Part shown: piece by piece, positions 10,594-21,689 of the stretch | Layout: each line of letters opens with the position of its first letter | Position numbering within the stretch: position 1 is the first letter of the stretch | Assembly: GCA_051439605.1 (NCBI GenBank) | Contig: JBFRWN010000124.1 | Span: forward strand, 128,001 to 192,000 | Reading direction: 5' to 3' | From: Synechococcus sp. | GTDB lineage: Bacteria; Cyanobacteriota; Cyanobacteriia; Thermostichales; PCC-7336 | DNA length: 64,000 nt | Notes under the pieces: model-generated | Seen by the model: only the letters and a program-made list of their open reading frames with translations | Databases searched by the model: none | What the model was told of the DNA's origin: nothing | Position numbers and translations under genes: made by a program

Positions 10594-12987
10594 TTAACTA
10601 CGCAGGCTGACTGAGAATTGCTGTTCTAACTGCCGGCGCACCTGTTGGTGTGCGGATTCCACTTCAGATTCAGTTAACGTACGATCGCCCGCTCGGTAAA
10701 CCAGTCGAAAGGCCAGGCTGCGCTGCCCCTCTGGCACCCCTTTGCCGCGATACTCGTCGAACAAATTGACAGACTCTAACAGATCTCCAGCGGCTTTAGT
10801 AATGGCATTCTCAAGTTCCCCCACGCTAACTGTAAGAGGGGAATAAAAGGCAATATCGCGATCGGAGGCCGGGAATGTAGAGAAGTGTCTGTAGGTGACA
10901 GTCCCCAAAGACTTTAGACCTGTTAGCAACCCATTCAGAGCCACCTCAAAGGCATAGACCGTACCAGGTAAATCTCGCTCCTTGGCTACGCGAGGGTGAA
11001 GTTGGCCAAACACTCCAAGTCGATCGCCATTCAGCCACAGTGAAGCCGTACGACCGGGGTGCAGCAGCTCCTGTTCACTTTCTGCTTGGAACGTTACTTC
11101 TAGGCCCAGCCGCTCGAACACTTTGACTAACAGTCCCTTGGCGGCAAACCAATCGAATGGCTGTCCTGATTTCTGCCAGTTCTCTTGAGTGGGATTGCCG
11201 CCAAAAATACCGCCAATTCGGGTTTCTTCAACATAGCGATCTCCATCGCGCCAAAACACGCGTCCGACTTCGAATCCGTTGAGGGAACTGTTGCCTCGGT
11301 CGTTGTTATAAGCATATGTATCCACCAACCCGGGCAGCAGATCTTGCCTCAAGGCGGAAAATTCTTCGGCAATGGGGTTCGTAATGACTACCGGTACGCC
11401 ACTGGTTTGGGGACACAGTGAAATCTGCATCAACTCTGTGAGTCCAGCACTGCGGAATGCTTGCCGTACCACGCGCAGCAAGTACTCATGTTCGGAAATG
11501 TCGCCCACTCCGGTGTCGGAGGGCAGGGTGCTGGAGAAGCGATCGTAACCGTAAAGGCGTGCAAATTCTTCAATCAGGTCGATTTCCCGCTCGATATCCC
11601 GTTGGCGGTAGGCGGGCACCTTTACCGTCCATTCCGTTCCTGCATCTGATTCCTGTGGGGTCAACTCGAATCCAAGAGCCGCCAGATAATCGGAAACGGT
11701 TTCAGCAGGGATGCGATCTCCTAAGATGTCGATTAACCGTTGCAGCCGCAGAACAATCGTGCGATCGCCAGTAGGGCGGTCATCGTGAGCGGTTTCTTCA
11801 ATCAGCTCTCCCCCCGCCAGTTCCAGAATTAAGGCCACCGCGCGATCGCGAGCGGTTAACCAGGCAGAACTATCGACTCCCCGTTCGTAACGGGCAGACG
11901 CCTCAGTTCTCAAGGTTTGAGCACGGGCAGAACGGCGAACGGCGACGGGATCGAATAAAGCTGCTTCGAGAAAAATATCAGCTGAATCTTCACTGACTTC
12001 GGTATCTTCGCCCCCCATCACTCCAGCCAAAGCTACTGGTTTATCAGCCGCGGTAATCACCAGGTTCTCGGCAACCAATTGGCGATCGCTACCATCTAGA
12101 GTCTTCAGGGTTTCCCCAGCGGTAGCCAGGCGCACTCCAATTGTGGGGGAACTGCCATCCATCACCGCCAACAGCTTCTCCCAGTCAAATGCATGCAGGG
12201 GTTGGCCCCACTCCAGCAAGATGAAATTGGTGATATCCACAACATTATTAATTGATCGCACTCCGGCAGCCTCTAGCTTGCGACACAGCCAGTCGGGGGA
12301 GGGACCGATGTTGACGTTGCGAATCAGACTGCCACTGTAGGCGGGGCAATCTGCGGAGCTAGCAATAGCGAGCTGTATGCTTGTAGCCTGCTGAGCTTGT
12401 ACGGGGGGGGACGTGGGAAGTTGGATGGGGTTGCGAGTCAGTGCAGATACTTCCCGCGCAATTCCCACCATACTAAGGGCATCGGCTCGGTTAGCCGTAG
12501 AGACCAAATCTAGAATGGCATCGTCCAATCCCAATAGTGGACGAACATCACTACCCACTTCAGGGGTGGCGGCAAACTCGTAAATGCCCTCCGACTTGGC
12601 TTCCAATCCCAGTTCCTTTAGCGAGCAGATCATGCCCTCTGACTTCACCCCCCGCAGTTTCGTCTTGCGTAGCTTGAGGTCAATCGCTGGCAAGTAGGTG
12701 CCCACCGTCGCCACCGCTACGTAAATACCGGTGCGGGCATTCATAGCGCCGCAGACAATGTTTAGGGGCTCGACCCCTCCCACATCCACTTGGCACACCT
12801 GAAGGCGATCGGCATTCGGGTGCTTCTCTGCTTTCAAAATATGGCCGACAACTACCCCATCGGCAAGCTTGCGCAAGTCCTCAATCTCTTCCACCTCGAA
12901 GCCTGCCAAGGTTAAAGCCTCGCTAATTTCCTCAGGCTCCCACTCAAATTCCACCAGTTCCCGTAACCATTTCAGGGAAATCTTCAC
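10594..12987 (-). CDS. pheT: phenylalanine--tRNA ligase beta subunit
   Basis: MKISLKWL, HPNADRL, GQPLHAFD, HPGRTA, FDX-ACB C-terminus; 797 aa. Confidence 0.97.
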   Translation of the reverse strand: MKISLKWLRELVEFEWEPEEISEALTLAGFEVEEIEDLRKLADGVVVGHILKAEKHPNADRLQVCQVDVGGVEPLNIVCGAMNARTGIYVAVATVGTYLPAIDLKLRKTKLRGVKSEGMICSLKELGLEAKSEGIYEFAATPEVGSDVRPLLGLDDAILDLVSTANRADALSMVGIAREVSALTRNPIQLPTSPPVQAQQATSIQLAIASSADCPAYSGSLIRNVNIGPSPDWLCRKLEAAGVRSINNVVDITNFILLEWGQPLHAFDWEKLLAVMDGSSPTIGVRLATAGETLKTLDGSDRQLVAENLVITAADKPVALAGVMGGEDTEVSEDSADIFLEAALFDPVAVRRSARAQTLRTEASARYERGVDSSAWLTARDRAVALILELAGGELIEETAHDDRPTGDRTIVLRLQRLIDILGDRIPAETVSDYLAALGFELTPQESDAGTEWTVKVPAYRQRDIEREIDLIEEFARLYGYDRFSSTLPSDTGVGDISEHEYLLRVVRQAFRSAGLTELMQISLCPQTSGVPVVITNPIAEEFSALRQDLLPGLVDTYAYNNDRGNSSLNGFEVGRVFWRDGDRYVEETRIGGIFGGNPTQENWQKSGQPFDWFAAKGLLVKVFERLGLEVTFQAESEQELLHPGRTASLWLNGDRLGVFGQLHPRVAKERDLPGTVYAFEVALNGLLTGLKSLGTVTYRHFSTFPASDRDIAFYSPLTVSVGELENAITKAAGDLLESVNLFDEYRGKGVPEGQRSLAFRLVYRAGDRTLTESEVESAHQQVRRQLEQQFSVSLRS

Positions 12988-13507
12988 AGCTGCACCCGCT
13001 CGATCGCACAGCTACTTATGCTATCACTCGGTTGTCATTCATTCGTGCCCCGCCAACTCCGAAATCCTATCGCTGTGCCCATTTCATGTAGGGTCTCAAG
13101 ACCTATACACGGTCAGGAATCTGGTTCTATAAGATGTTCTCAGCGAGTTGAGGGTAGAACTTGCCTACGATCGCCCTTTGGGCTTGGAATGTAGCCCGAC
13201 AGAGCGGTAAGCCTGACAGACCGGTAAGCCTGATTGAGCGGATAAACAGTCTGGGTTCGGAGTCTATCGACAATCTGACTGCGAATCGCACGATAAAACT
13301 TTCCGAATAAAAGAGATGTAAGTAAAGTTATACCTGTGGACATTTCTATTCGGCCATCAAATCGAGTCCGACATGGGGGCTAGGGTCATGAAATGTTCTC
13401 ATCGATCTAGATGGCTGCTATTGAAGCACCGCCACCTTCACGATCGCTCCTTTTTTCACTTCTCCTTTAGCCCAACACTAAGATGAACAACCGCGATCCC
13501 ATCTGTT

Positions 13508-15487
13508 TTGGATGTAGTGCACGTGATACCACTGCTTTTGTCGTTAAATGCTCCACTACTGTTTGCTCAACTGCCAGCTGAGCACATCCCCCCCGGCACA
13601 GTTGCAGACAACTTACTGTCCGAGGGAGAGGCATCGCACCTACTGCCCGATTCGAGCTTAGATGAGATCGAAGAGCTAGCAGAGGAGGGTTCCCCCGAGC
13701 TAGAGGCAACAGATATCGACACGGGAGAGTTGGATCCCCCAGGAACTGAATCCCCCGAGGGCATGCCAGCGCCCCTGCCGGAAAACGCCCTCCAAATCCG
13801 ATCGGATCGACAAACCTTTAACTCGGAAACCCAAGTCTTTCAGGCCGAAGGGAATGTCGAAATGACATTCGGCCAAACCATTCTGCACGCGGACATTGTC
13901 ACCATGAACTTGGTGACAGAAATCGCTACAGCAGAAGGCAATGTGGTGATTGAAATTGACGAACGTCAAGAGATCCGCGGAACGTTTCTCGAATACCACA
14001 CCGGTAATCAAACCGGGTATTTGGACAATGCTGAAGGGGAACTGGACCTAGTCGCTCTACCAGTCAGCATTCAACGGGCGGTGTTACCCACCGATGCCGC
14101 TGCATCATCAGTATATGAACCCCCCGCCCCACAAAAAGGGCTCAAATTTATTCGCTTTGAGTCCGAACGCATCGAGCTAACCCCAGACAACTGGTTCGCC
14201 ACCAATATTGCAGTCACCAACGATCCAGAAGGGCCACCGCTGGGGCCAGAATTGGAGCGCCGATCCAAAACAGCTATTTTAGAAGAATTATCAGATGGCA
14301 CAAGCCTGCTGACAATGCGGGGCAGTAGCTTGTGGTTCGATCGCAAATTTCGCCTGCCGCTGCGGGATAACCAAATTGTGCTCGGGGATGATGATGCCCG
14401 TCGTCGTGCTCCTTTTGACATTCTCTACGATGACGATGATGGAGGGTTGATCCTTCGCCGTAATTTCGAGCTTTTGGGCAAACGAAATGTAGCTTTTATT
14501 CTGGCTCCCAGGGTACGCGTTGAGCAGTTTTCCAACTCAGATGGCGTTCTGGCTGCCTTTGGCTTGGACCTTGAATTCACTCGTGTCAGCCCGAACAATC
14601 AAGTTACCGACCTATTTGTTGCCCTCAACTCACTGGCTTTTGCGGAGGGGGTTGATAACGAAATTCGAGCTCGCATCCAACATCGCATTCCCATTAGCAA
14701 CAACTTAGGTGATGTTGTGCTGAGATATGCCTATCGCCCCCGCTTTCGCCCTATCTTCGGTGAATCGAACCGCCGGACCGATCTTTTTCATCAGGGTGGA
14801 GTGGCGTACAACTCTCCGGTAGTCAAGCTGGGGACTTCCGGTATTCGGTTTAGCTCGAGAATTGCAGCTGACTACTTAGATGGTGAGAGTCGAGATGACC
14901 GCAATGATTTTGTACAGACGGGGCGTTTGCGTATGGATGCCGCGTTAAGCAGCCGTTTTGGATTGTGGAAGCCCAGCGTGGTAGGCAAACCTCAACCTAG
15001 ATTTAGCTTTGCACCGATTCGACAGGGGTTTTGGTTGATCTCAGGGTTGCGCACTAATTCCGCCGCTTACACCACTGGAGATCTGCAAGCATCGTTGATC
15101 GGCAGTATTGGATTTCAAACAGTTCTGGGGGAATTCGATCGGAATTTCTTTGATTACACCGCCCTAAATGTGGTCTACAGCAACGGCCTGGTGGATGACG
15201 ACACCCCTCTACGTTTCGATCGCTTTCGAGCTCGAGAGAGTGTAGTTCTTGGCCTCAGACAGCAACTATACGGCCCTTTCCGAGCGGGGGCGGAGACGCG
15301 CCTCCGGCTGAACGACGGCTTCGAAGAACTCGATACCCTGTATTCTCTGTCTTACGATCGTCGCACCTACGGTTTTGACATTCGTTTTAGCGTCAAGAGC
15401 GGCTCGGGGAGCTTTCGCCTTCGCATTGATGACTTCAATTTCTTTGAGTTTGGTTTGGATAGCGTCACTGGAGGAGTCCTGCAGTAA
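13508..15487 (+). CDS. LptD/OstA-like outer membrane protein (DUF3769-type)
   Basis: OstA-like beta-jellyroll (IRSDRQTF...AEGNV), TNDP..P, C-terminal QQLYGPFR and YDRRTYG beta-barrel motifs; start uncertain. Confidence 0.75.
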   Translation: MDVVHVIPLLLSLNAPLLFAQLPAEHIPPGTVADNLLSEGEASHLLPDSSLDEIEELAEEGSPELEATDIDTGELDPPGTESPEGMPAPLPENALQIRSDRQTFNSETQVFQAEGNVEMTFGQTILHADIVTMNLVTEIATAEGNVVIEIDERQEIRGTFLEYHTGNQTGYLDNAEGELDLVALPVSIQRAVLPTDAAASSVYEPPAPQKGLKFIRFESERIELTPDNWFATNIAVTNDPEGPPLGPELERRSKTAILEELSDGTSLLTMRGSSLWFDRKFRLPLRDNQIVLGDDDARRRAPFDILYDDDDGGLILRRNFELLGKRNVAFILAPRVRVEQFSNSDGVLAAFGLDLEFTRVSPNNQVTDLFVALNSLAFAEGVDNEIRARIQHRIPISNNLGDVVLRYAYRPRFRPIFGESNRRTDLFHQGGVAYNSPVVKLGTSGIRFSSRIAADYLDGESRDDRNDFVQTGRLRMDAALSSRFGLWKPSVVGKPQPRFSFAPIRQGFWLISGLRTNSAAYTTGDLQASLIGSIGFQTVLGEFDRNFFDYTALNVVYSNGLVDDDTPLRFDRFRARESVVLGLRQQLYGPFRAGAETRLRLNDGFEELDTLYSLSYDRRTYGFDIRFSVKSGSGSFRLRIDDFNFFEFGLDSVTGGVLQ

Positions 15488-15643
15488 CTTTCGCAAAGCA
15501 TGCTCTTTACCGCTTGGGAAGGAATCTGCCTGCGCGAGCTATGGTGACATTCAATCTGACTTCGCGGTTTCTTATCGCCACAGCCATCTCCATGGGGTCA
15601 GCTAGCTTTGAGCAGAGTCAGAATTCTGAATAGCGAGATATCC

Positions 15644-16624
15644 TCAGCTGCTTGACGGTCGCGATAAACCATCAAGTAGGGCGAAACTATTCTCTCGGGT
15701 GTTTTGCAATCTCTCGAGGTAGCGGTGTACGGCTGCTTTGACAGACACTAATAAATTTGGATCGTCGCGATCGAACCAGATAATGCCAGGTGTGCGACGA
15801 AACCAGGTCATCTGGCGCTTGGCGAACTGGCGGGTGTGCTTGACAATGTCGAATTTTGCTTCGGCAAGGGAAATTGCTCCGTCGAGGTACCGCCCTAATT
15901 CCCGATACCCTAATGTTTGCAGCAACGGTAAATCGGCTCCATAAGTATCACGTAATGTCAGAACTTCCTCTAGCCAACCAGTCTCCAGCATGCGCTCGGT
16001 ACGAGCGGCAATGCGTTGAGCCAGCTTCTCCATGTTGCAGCATTTCAACCCCAGAATAAGGCTGGTGTAGGAAGGGGGAATCCTTCGCTGTAGCTCAGAC
16101 ATGGGTTGTCCTGCCGAGTAATACACTTCTAGAGCGCGCACGGTGCGTACCACATCGTGGGGGTGGATCTTTTTTGCTCCCACCTTATCCACCTGACAGA
16201 GGAAATTATGGCGCAGAGATTGGGGCAGTGCTTCCAGCTGATGGCGTAATTGTGGGTTAGGGGCCACAGCCGGGATGGCCAATCCTTCGGTTAAGGCTTG
16301 AACGTACAGTCCAGTCCCCCCCACGAGGATAGGAGTTTTACCTTGGTGGTGGGTTGCGTTGATGAGTTGTTCCGCCCGCTGCTGATACTGGACTACCGTA
16401 TAGGTTTCGGTTGGAAGGGCTATGTCGATCAGGTGGTGGGGCCACTGCGCTTGTTCTGCAACAGTTGGCTTAGCGGTTCCAATGTTGAAATGGCGGTAGA
16501 TTTGTCGAGAATCTGCATTGATGAGGGGAACTTTCAACTCTTGGGCCAATTGAAGTGCTAGGGCAGACTTGCCCGATGCAGTTGGCCCACAAATTACAAT
16601 TAGACCGGAGTTGCTAGCGCTCAT
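15644..16624 (-). CDS. miaA: tRNA dimethylallyltransferase
   Basis: GPTASGKS, DSRQIY, IGTAKP, VGGTGLY, TRQFAKRQMTWFR. Confidence 0.96.
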   Translation of the reverse strand: MSASNSGLIVICGPTASGKSALALQLAQELKVPLINADSRQIYRHFNIGTAKPTVAEQAQWPHHLIDIALPTETYTVVQYQQRAEQLINATHHQGKTPILVGGTGLYVQALTEGLAIPAVAPNPQLRHQLEALPQSLRHNFLCQVDKVGAKKIHPHDVVRTVRALEVYYSAGQPMSELQRRIPPSYTSLILGLKCCNMEKLAQRIAARTERMLETGWLEEVLTLRDTYGADLPLLQTLGYRELGRYLDGAISLAEAKFDIVKHTRQFAKRQMTWFRRTPGIIWFDRDDPNLLVSVKAAVHRYLERLQNTRENSFALLDGLSRPSSS

Positions 16625-16718
16625 GCAATTGTCCAATTACGGTGCGAACGGGTGATTCAACTAGTCATCCGCACTAGTTCCCAGTTACACCAAACCTCAG
16701 TCTTATCTTAGTAAACCC

Positions 16719-17321
16719 ATGTCAATGAAAATCGCACGTTGGGATAGCAAACTTGCTGGCTGGATGAGTGCAGCGCACTGTGAATCGTGGGCGCAATTGG
16801 GCCGACGGGCAACACTTTCTAGGCATCGGATTCAGCAGCTGAGAGCAGGTCAACTGAATTCCTGGCGGCTTCAGCATTTAAAAAGTCTCTGTCAAACCTT
16901 CAATATTTCGCTGATGGAGCTGCTTGAAGCACTTGGGGAAGCGGAGGTCAAAGCTGCGGATACGGCATTACACCTGCAACCCAACAAGACTTCATCAAAG
17001 GCGATCGCGTCCGTACGCCAATCAACCTTGCAATGCCTGGAACCATTGTTACGACAGTTGCCAACGGCCGCATTTGCCGTTCAGCATCATAATTTGTCAG
17101 CACAGCAACTGCTGAAAATCCTGCATCCTCTCGATGTCTTACTCAACGAGTGGGAGGTTGAACGGCTCGGAGAAGTTGGACGAGTCATTCCTTACGACCC
17201 CACTTGGCAGCAACCCCTCACCCCCGAAAATATAGAAAGCGGCACCTCTGTAAGCATTCGCTACGTCGGGTACCGCATTAATAAAGCAATTTGGATTAAA
17301 GCTCAGGTGAGAGTTGCCTAA
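16719..17321 (+). CDS. XRE-like HTH protein with a GrpE-like C-terminal domain
   Basis: N-terminal HTH-like region; LLRQLPTA and C-terminal G.VG..IPYDP..QQ....V.IRYVGYR....KAQV, typical of a cyanobacterial HTH-GrpE family. Confidence 0.7.
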   Translation: MSMKIARWDSKLAGWMSAAHCESWAQLGRRATLSRHRIQQLRAGQLNSWRLQHLKSLCQTFNISLMELLEALGEAEVKAADTALHLQPNKTSSKAIASVRQSTLQCLEPLLRQLPTAAFAVQHHNLSAQQLLKILHPLDVLLNEWEVERLGEVGRVIPYDPTWQQPLTPENIESGTSVSIRYVGYRINKAIWIKAQVRVA

Positions 17322-17410
17322 TTTTTTTCAAAACCCAGTCAAGGGAGCGATGCTTTGGAAGCACGCGCCAGCTTACCTACAGATCGGACGTCAGAAATTG
17401 TTTAAACCGA

Positions 17411-17830
17411 CTATACCTGTGCAGAGTTCAGCTGTTCTTTGATTTGCTGCAGTTGTGCCGCCCAACGGGGATCGGGACCAGAAGGACTAGACTTATCTAC
17501 AAAGCTACTACCGCCTCGGCCGCTGCTTTTACCGCTTCGCCTGCCGGATTTAGGTGAGGGACGTCCCTCGCCACCCTCTTTGGTTCGCGATTGAGCCACT
17601 TCAACCTTGAGCTTGCCAGAACCGAAGTCAGCATTATTGAGAGCGGTGATGTACTTTTCAGCGATCTCATCAGACTCAACCGTCACAAAAGCAAAGCCGC
17701 GGCATTTACCAGTTTTGCGATCGGTAACGAGCTTCATAGAGGAGGGCTTGCTGACCTCAGCAAACTTCTCCTCTAAAGCTTGCTTATCCACTTCTTCGGG
17801 CAGATTGCCGACGTACAAACGCACAGACAT
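17411..17830 (-). CDS. rbp3: RRM RNA-binding protein, Rbp3 class
   Basis: RNP2 LYVGNL, RNP1 RGFAFV, C-terminal PDPRWA motif. Confidence 0.88.
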   Translation of the reverse strand: MSVRLYVGNLPEEVDKQALEEKFAEVSKPSSMKLVTDRKTGKCRGFAFVTVESDEIAEKYITALNNADFGSGKLKVEVAQSRTKEGGEGRPSPKSGRRSGKSSGRGGSSFVDKSSPSGPDPRWAAQLQQIKEQLNSAQV

Positions 17831-18531
17831 TTTATGAAACTCCTAGCAATAACATTGCAAAACATTGAGGATAAGGACTATCTCTCGGGCAAAAAACTTA
17901 TATGTAAAGATACAAATGCAAACCAAATACCGACACTTGATGTCTGGCGCTTACCGGCTTAGTAGCGAACGCTTTGCATTGCGAATTTCAGACAACAGCA
18001 AGCGCCCTGAATTAACCTTGCGACATCACATTATCTGTAAAAACCGCAAAACACAACAGGCAATCACTATCTTTTTGCATAATGCATGTCCAATAGTTCT
18101 TACATAATTGGTAGGAGATCGAGTCCTCTGCCACGAGACAAGGTGTTGTACATCGAACTTGCCAAGCACCCTGATTGGAGAGCGATAGCGATCGACGAAC
18201 CCTAAAGATGTGAAAGCATGGAATGTCGCACATCTAAACATAACATTTCTTAACGAGAAAGCCGCTTTATCGTTAGGATAACGATGAACTGATTAACCCA
18301 CATCACCAGTGTTCTCTTCCCCCATCAATGCCAGGGGGAGCAACACCACTTAATTGAACGCGAGAGACATCAACTCTATCCGCCGACCTGTTTAAGCTTC
18401 GTGGAAATCCTTCAGTCCAATCCATTTGCAGCAAGGTCTCTGCATAGAGGAGAAGCTTCCTAAGCCGGCGTGGTTCTGGGGTAGGATCGTCTCTGCACGA
18501 TTTTCGAGATTCCCTTTCTAGCCAGCCAGCC

Positions 18532-19809
18532 ATGATTCAAGAAATTACAATGCCCGCCTTGAGCTCCACCATGGAAATGGGAAAGGTGGTTTCCTGGTCT
18601 AAGAATGCCGGCGATCCTGTCGAAAAGGGTGAAACCATATTGGTGGTCGAATCGGACAAAGCCGATATGGACGTGGAGTCTTTCTACAGCGGTACGCTGG
18701 CAGCAATTGTTGTGGCAGCGGGTGACTCTGCTCCGGTAGGCTCTGCGATCGCGTTTATCGCCGAATCCCCCGATGATATCGATGCTGCCAAAGCAAAAGC
18801 TGAGGCTCTACGAGCAGCTGCTCCCGCCACCCCAGCTACCGCTCCTGCAAAAGAAGCACCTCAGCAGGACAAAGCTTCAGCCGCAGCAATCAAAGCAACT
18901 GCTGCTTCCCAAACTGCTCCTGCAGCCTCACGTACCGATGGCCGCATTATTGCGTCTCCCGTCGCCAAGCGTGTAGCTCAGCAGTTGGGGGTGGACATTG
19001 CCAAGGTGCAGGGTAGCGGACCCAACGGCCGCATTATTGAAGCGGATGTTCGGCAGGCTGCCTCGTCCCCGCAGGCGGCAATCAAGACTTCTACGACTTC
19101 TTCCCTTCCCTCGGCGATACCAGCCAATGTCGTACTTGGTGAAGTCGTTCCGTTCAACACTTTGCAGCAGGCTGTCGTGCGCAACATGAATGCCAGCCTC
19201 TCTGTGCCGACATTCCACGTGAGCTACGCTGTCGCCACCGATGCCCTCAATGCTCTCTACAAGCGGGTTAAGTCTAAGGGGGTCACTATGACTGCCCTGC
19301 TGGCAAAGGCTGTGGCTGTCACGCTAGAAAAGCACCCCTTGGTGAACGCAAGCTATTCCGAGACGGGAATTCATTACAAGGAAAACATCAACGTTGCCGT
19401 TGCGGTGGCCATGGAAGATGGTGGATTGATTACTCCCGTATTGCAGCAAGCGAATCAAGTGGATCTCTACGAGATGTCGCGCCAGTGGAAAGACTTGGTC
19501 GACCGTGCTCGTCGCAAGCAATTACAGCCTGAAGAGTACAGTTCTGGAACCTTTACTCTTTCAAATCTGGGAATGTTTGGCGTCAGTACCTTCGATGCTA
19601 TTTTGCCTCCTAACCAAGGGTCGATTTTGGCGATTGGAGGTGCAAAACCAACGGTGGTGGCAACTCCTGAAGGGGCGATCGCTGTTAAGACTCAGATGCA
19701 AGTGACTATCACCTGCGATCACCGAGTTATTTACGGCACTAATGCTGCTGCCTTTCTAAAGGATTTGGCTCAGCTGATTGAAGACAATGTCGAATCCTTG
19801 GCACTTTAA
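18532..19809 (+). CDS. pdhC: pyruvate dehydrogenase E2 dihydrolipoamide acetyltransferase
   Basis: Lipoyl domain ESDKADM, E3-binding ASPVAK..GSGPNGRI, catalytic DHRVIYG. Confidence 0.95.
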   Translation: MIQEITMPALSSTMEMGKVVSWSKNAGDPVEKGETILVVESDKADMDVESFYSGTLAAIVVAAGDSAPVGSAIAFIAESPDDIDAAKAKAEALRAAAPATPATAPAKEAPQQDKASAAAIKATAASQTAPAASRTDGRIIASPVAKRVAQQLGVDIAKVQGSGPNGRIIEADVRQAASSPQAAIKTSTTSSLPSAIPANVVLGEVVPFNTLQQAVVRNMNASLSVPTFHVSYAVATDALNALYKRVKSKGVTMTALLAKAVAVTLEKHPLVNASYSETGIHYKENINVAVAVAMEDGGLITPVLQQANQVDLYEMSRQWKDLVDRARRKQLQPEEYSSGTFTLSNLGMFGVSTFDAILPPNQGSILAIGGAKPTVVATPEGAIAVKTQMQVTITCDHRVIYGTNAAAFLKDLAQLIEDNVESLAL

Positions 19810-19856
19810 ATCGGTAGTTTGAGCGATTCTGGAAGAGGGTGAACGCTCCAGTCAGG

Positions 19857-20081
19857 TTAATCTTCCTGCACTAAATCGATGTATTTGCCATCGATGAGAA
19901 AGGCGCCATTGGCAAATCGAATGCTGAAGTATCCTGCTGGCCGAATCTCGAGTATGCGCCCTTCTTCCCCGACCTTGACCAGTTCAGCAGACCGCAACAT
20001 AGGCATCGGCTCGGCGGTTTTCAAAAAAGGGGGGAGTTGAACGATTTTTACGATATCCCCCACGGAAAAAGAACGGTTCAC
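19857..20081 (-). CDS. sipA: NblS-interacting regulator SipA (DUF3148)
   Basis: PPFLKTAEPMPMLR...GEEG...RF..GAFLID signature. Confidence 0.88.
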   Translation of the reverse strand: MNRSFSVGDIVKIVQLPPFLKTAEPMPMLRSAELVKVGEEGRILEIRPAGYFSIRFANGAFLIDGKYIDLVQED

Positions 20082-20486
20082 GGGCAGTCTGTACCTAACT
20101 CAACCGGGATCGCGACCGATAGCTGTAGTCATTTCTGTTGGAACTGCAAGATAGATACCTGTGAGGGGATCGACTTATCTCAGTCCTAAGCATTTGGCGG
20201 TCGCTATAGGAGCTGATACTAGCATGCAGCTCTCTCACGGAAACCGCAGAACTGTGCAGGCGAACGCCTTTCCCAACCGCTACCCAGCAGCATCGTGGCT
20301 CAATCGCACAAGGTAGAACGCGCTTTACGACCTTTCGATTTTGTCCGAAAGGAGTAGAACTGTATCAGTTGTTCATGGAGCAAGCACCCAAACGGGCTTA
20401 TACTTCAACTCCAGCACTGTTTTTCAGCCATAACCCCCCTACAAGAAGATTCAAGACCGCGAGGGCGGCGATTGCCGCAAAGCTCC

Positions 20487-20702
20487 ATGGATGAACGTCA
20501 GGTAAGCAAACAACGTGCTAACGCCTTAGAGCAATATTTGCTGGATGGCGGATTTGTGGACGGTCGCGAGCTGGATTTGGCAAAAAAGCTGCAGGAGCGC
20601 GAACAGGGACCGTTACTGATGATTCTACTGCGGCTGAACTTTATCGATACCGACCAGCTGGCTCAGCTTTGGGATTTTGAAGATCGTGCCTGGGTTTCTT
20701 GA
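20487..20702 (+). CDS. DUF2949-like small protein
   Basis: QGPLLMILLRLNFIDTDQLAQLWDF resembles the DUF2949 motif. Confidence 0.6.
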   Translation: MDERQVSKQRANALEQYLLDGGFVDGRELDLAKKLQEREQGPLLMILLRLNFIDTDQLAQLWDFEDRAWVS

Positions 20703-20969
20703 GTGATTCAGATTTATGACCTGCGGGTTGGCAACATTCCCGCCGAAGCTTCTTATAAGAATCAAACAACCTTATTGACCCACTGCACGAGCGATCGCTG
20801 GCAGCAGGCATACCCCATTCTCAGTCATTGTCTGCCGTTAAACCTTCCGGTTGTCCTTATTGAATCCAATTCCAATGTCACGGCGATCGAGACCTCGCTT
20901 TCGCAGGTTGAGACCCATTTCTTTTCAGAGCGATCTACTGGGTCTTGCTGGGTGCACGTACTCATTCCG

Positions 20970-21683
20970 ATGTCTGGCTCACCGTCGTCGGCAGCGGTCG
21001 GCAATCTGATGGAGATTGTGGCAACATTGCGATCGCCCACAGGCTGCCCGTGGGATAGAGCCCAAACCCCTATATCCCTAACCCCTTATATCGTGGAGGA
21101 AGCTTACGAGGCGGTGGCCGCCATCCGCAGCGGTGACACAGCTCATGCGATGGAAGAGCTGGGGGATTTATTGCTGCAGGTAGTGTTGCAGTCCCAGATC
21201 TTTAGCGAAACCCAAGACTTTTCCCTGGCCGAAGTGGCAGAGGGGATTTCTAGCAAACTGATTCGTCGCCATCCCCACGTGTTTGGACCGACCGCAGGAC
21301 CGACAGATGTCGCTGCAGTCAAACAGCGCTGGGAAGAAATTAAATCTGACGAGAAATCCACTGAAACGCTATTGGACACAGTGACCGGCTATGCAGACAC
21401 GTTTCCCCCGTTATTAGCCGCCACCAAAATCGCTAAAAAGACAGACCAGACCCCAGGTCTTAACGGCGACCTACAATCTCTGTTCGAGCAGATTCAGCAG
21501 CAGCTATCTTGCTTGCGACTGGCTGTTGAAGGAAACGATGAGGACAAGGAAAAGGCCTTAGGTCAGCTTTTGTTCCTGCTTGCTCAAGTGGGGCAACGAC
21601 AGGGCATCAAGGCTTCTACTGCGCTTGATGCAGCCAATCGTTTGGCGATACAGCAGGTGAATGACTGCGAGTCCCCCTACTGA
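20970..21683 (+). CDS. mazG: MazG nucleoside triphosphate pyrophosphohydrolase
   Basis: LRSPTGCPWDRAQT, EEAYE, EELGDLLLQVV, KLIRRHPHVF; start placed at ATG 20970. Confidence 0.9.
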   Translation: MSGSPSSAAVGNLMEIVATLRSPTGCPWDRAQTPISLTPYIVEEAYEAVAAIRSGDTAHAMEELGDLLLQVVLQSQIFSETQDFSLAEVAEGISSKLIRRHPHVFGPTAGPTDVAAVKQRWEEIKSDEKSTETLLDTVTGYADTFPPLLAATKIAKKTDQTPGLNGDLQSLFEQIQQQLSCLRLAVEGNDEDKEKALGQLLFLLAQVGQRQGIKASTALDAANRLAIQQVNDCESPY

Positions 21684-21689
21684 ATCAGG

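Noticed and set aside
18240..18530. Long rbp3-pdhC spacer with a small hairpin (cttccccc...gggggag) as a possible ncRNA
   Set aside because: No motif of 6S, SRP, RNase P, tmRNA or Yfr RNAs recognised; explained as a divergent promoter region.
20703..20969. N-terminal extension of the MazG ORF
   Set aside because: No domain character; MazG similarity begins near 20970.
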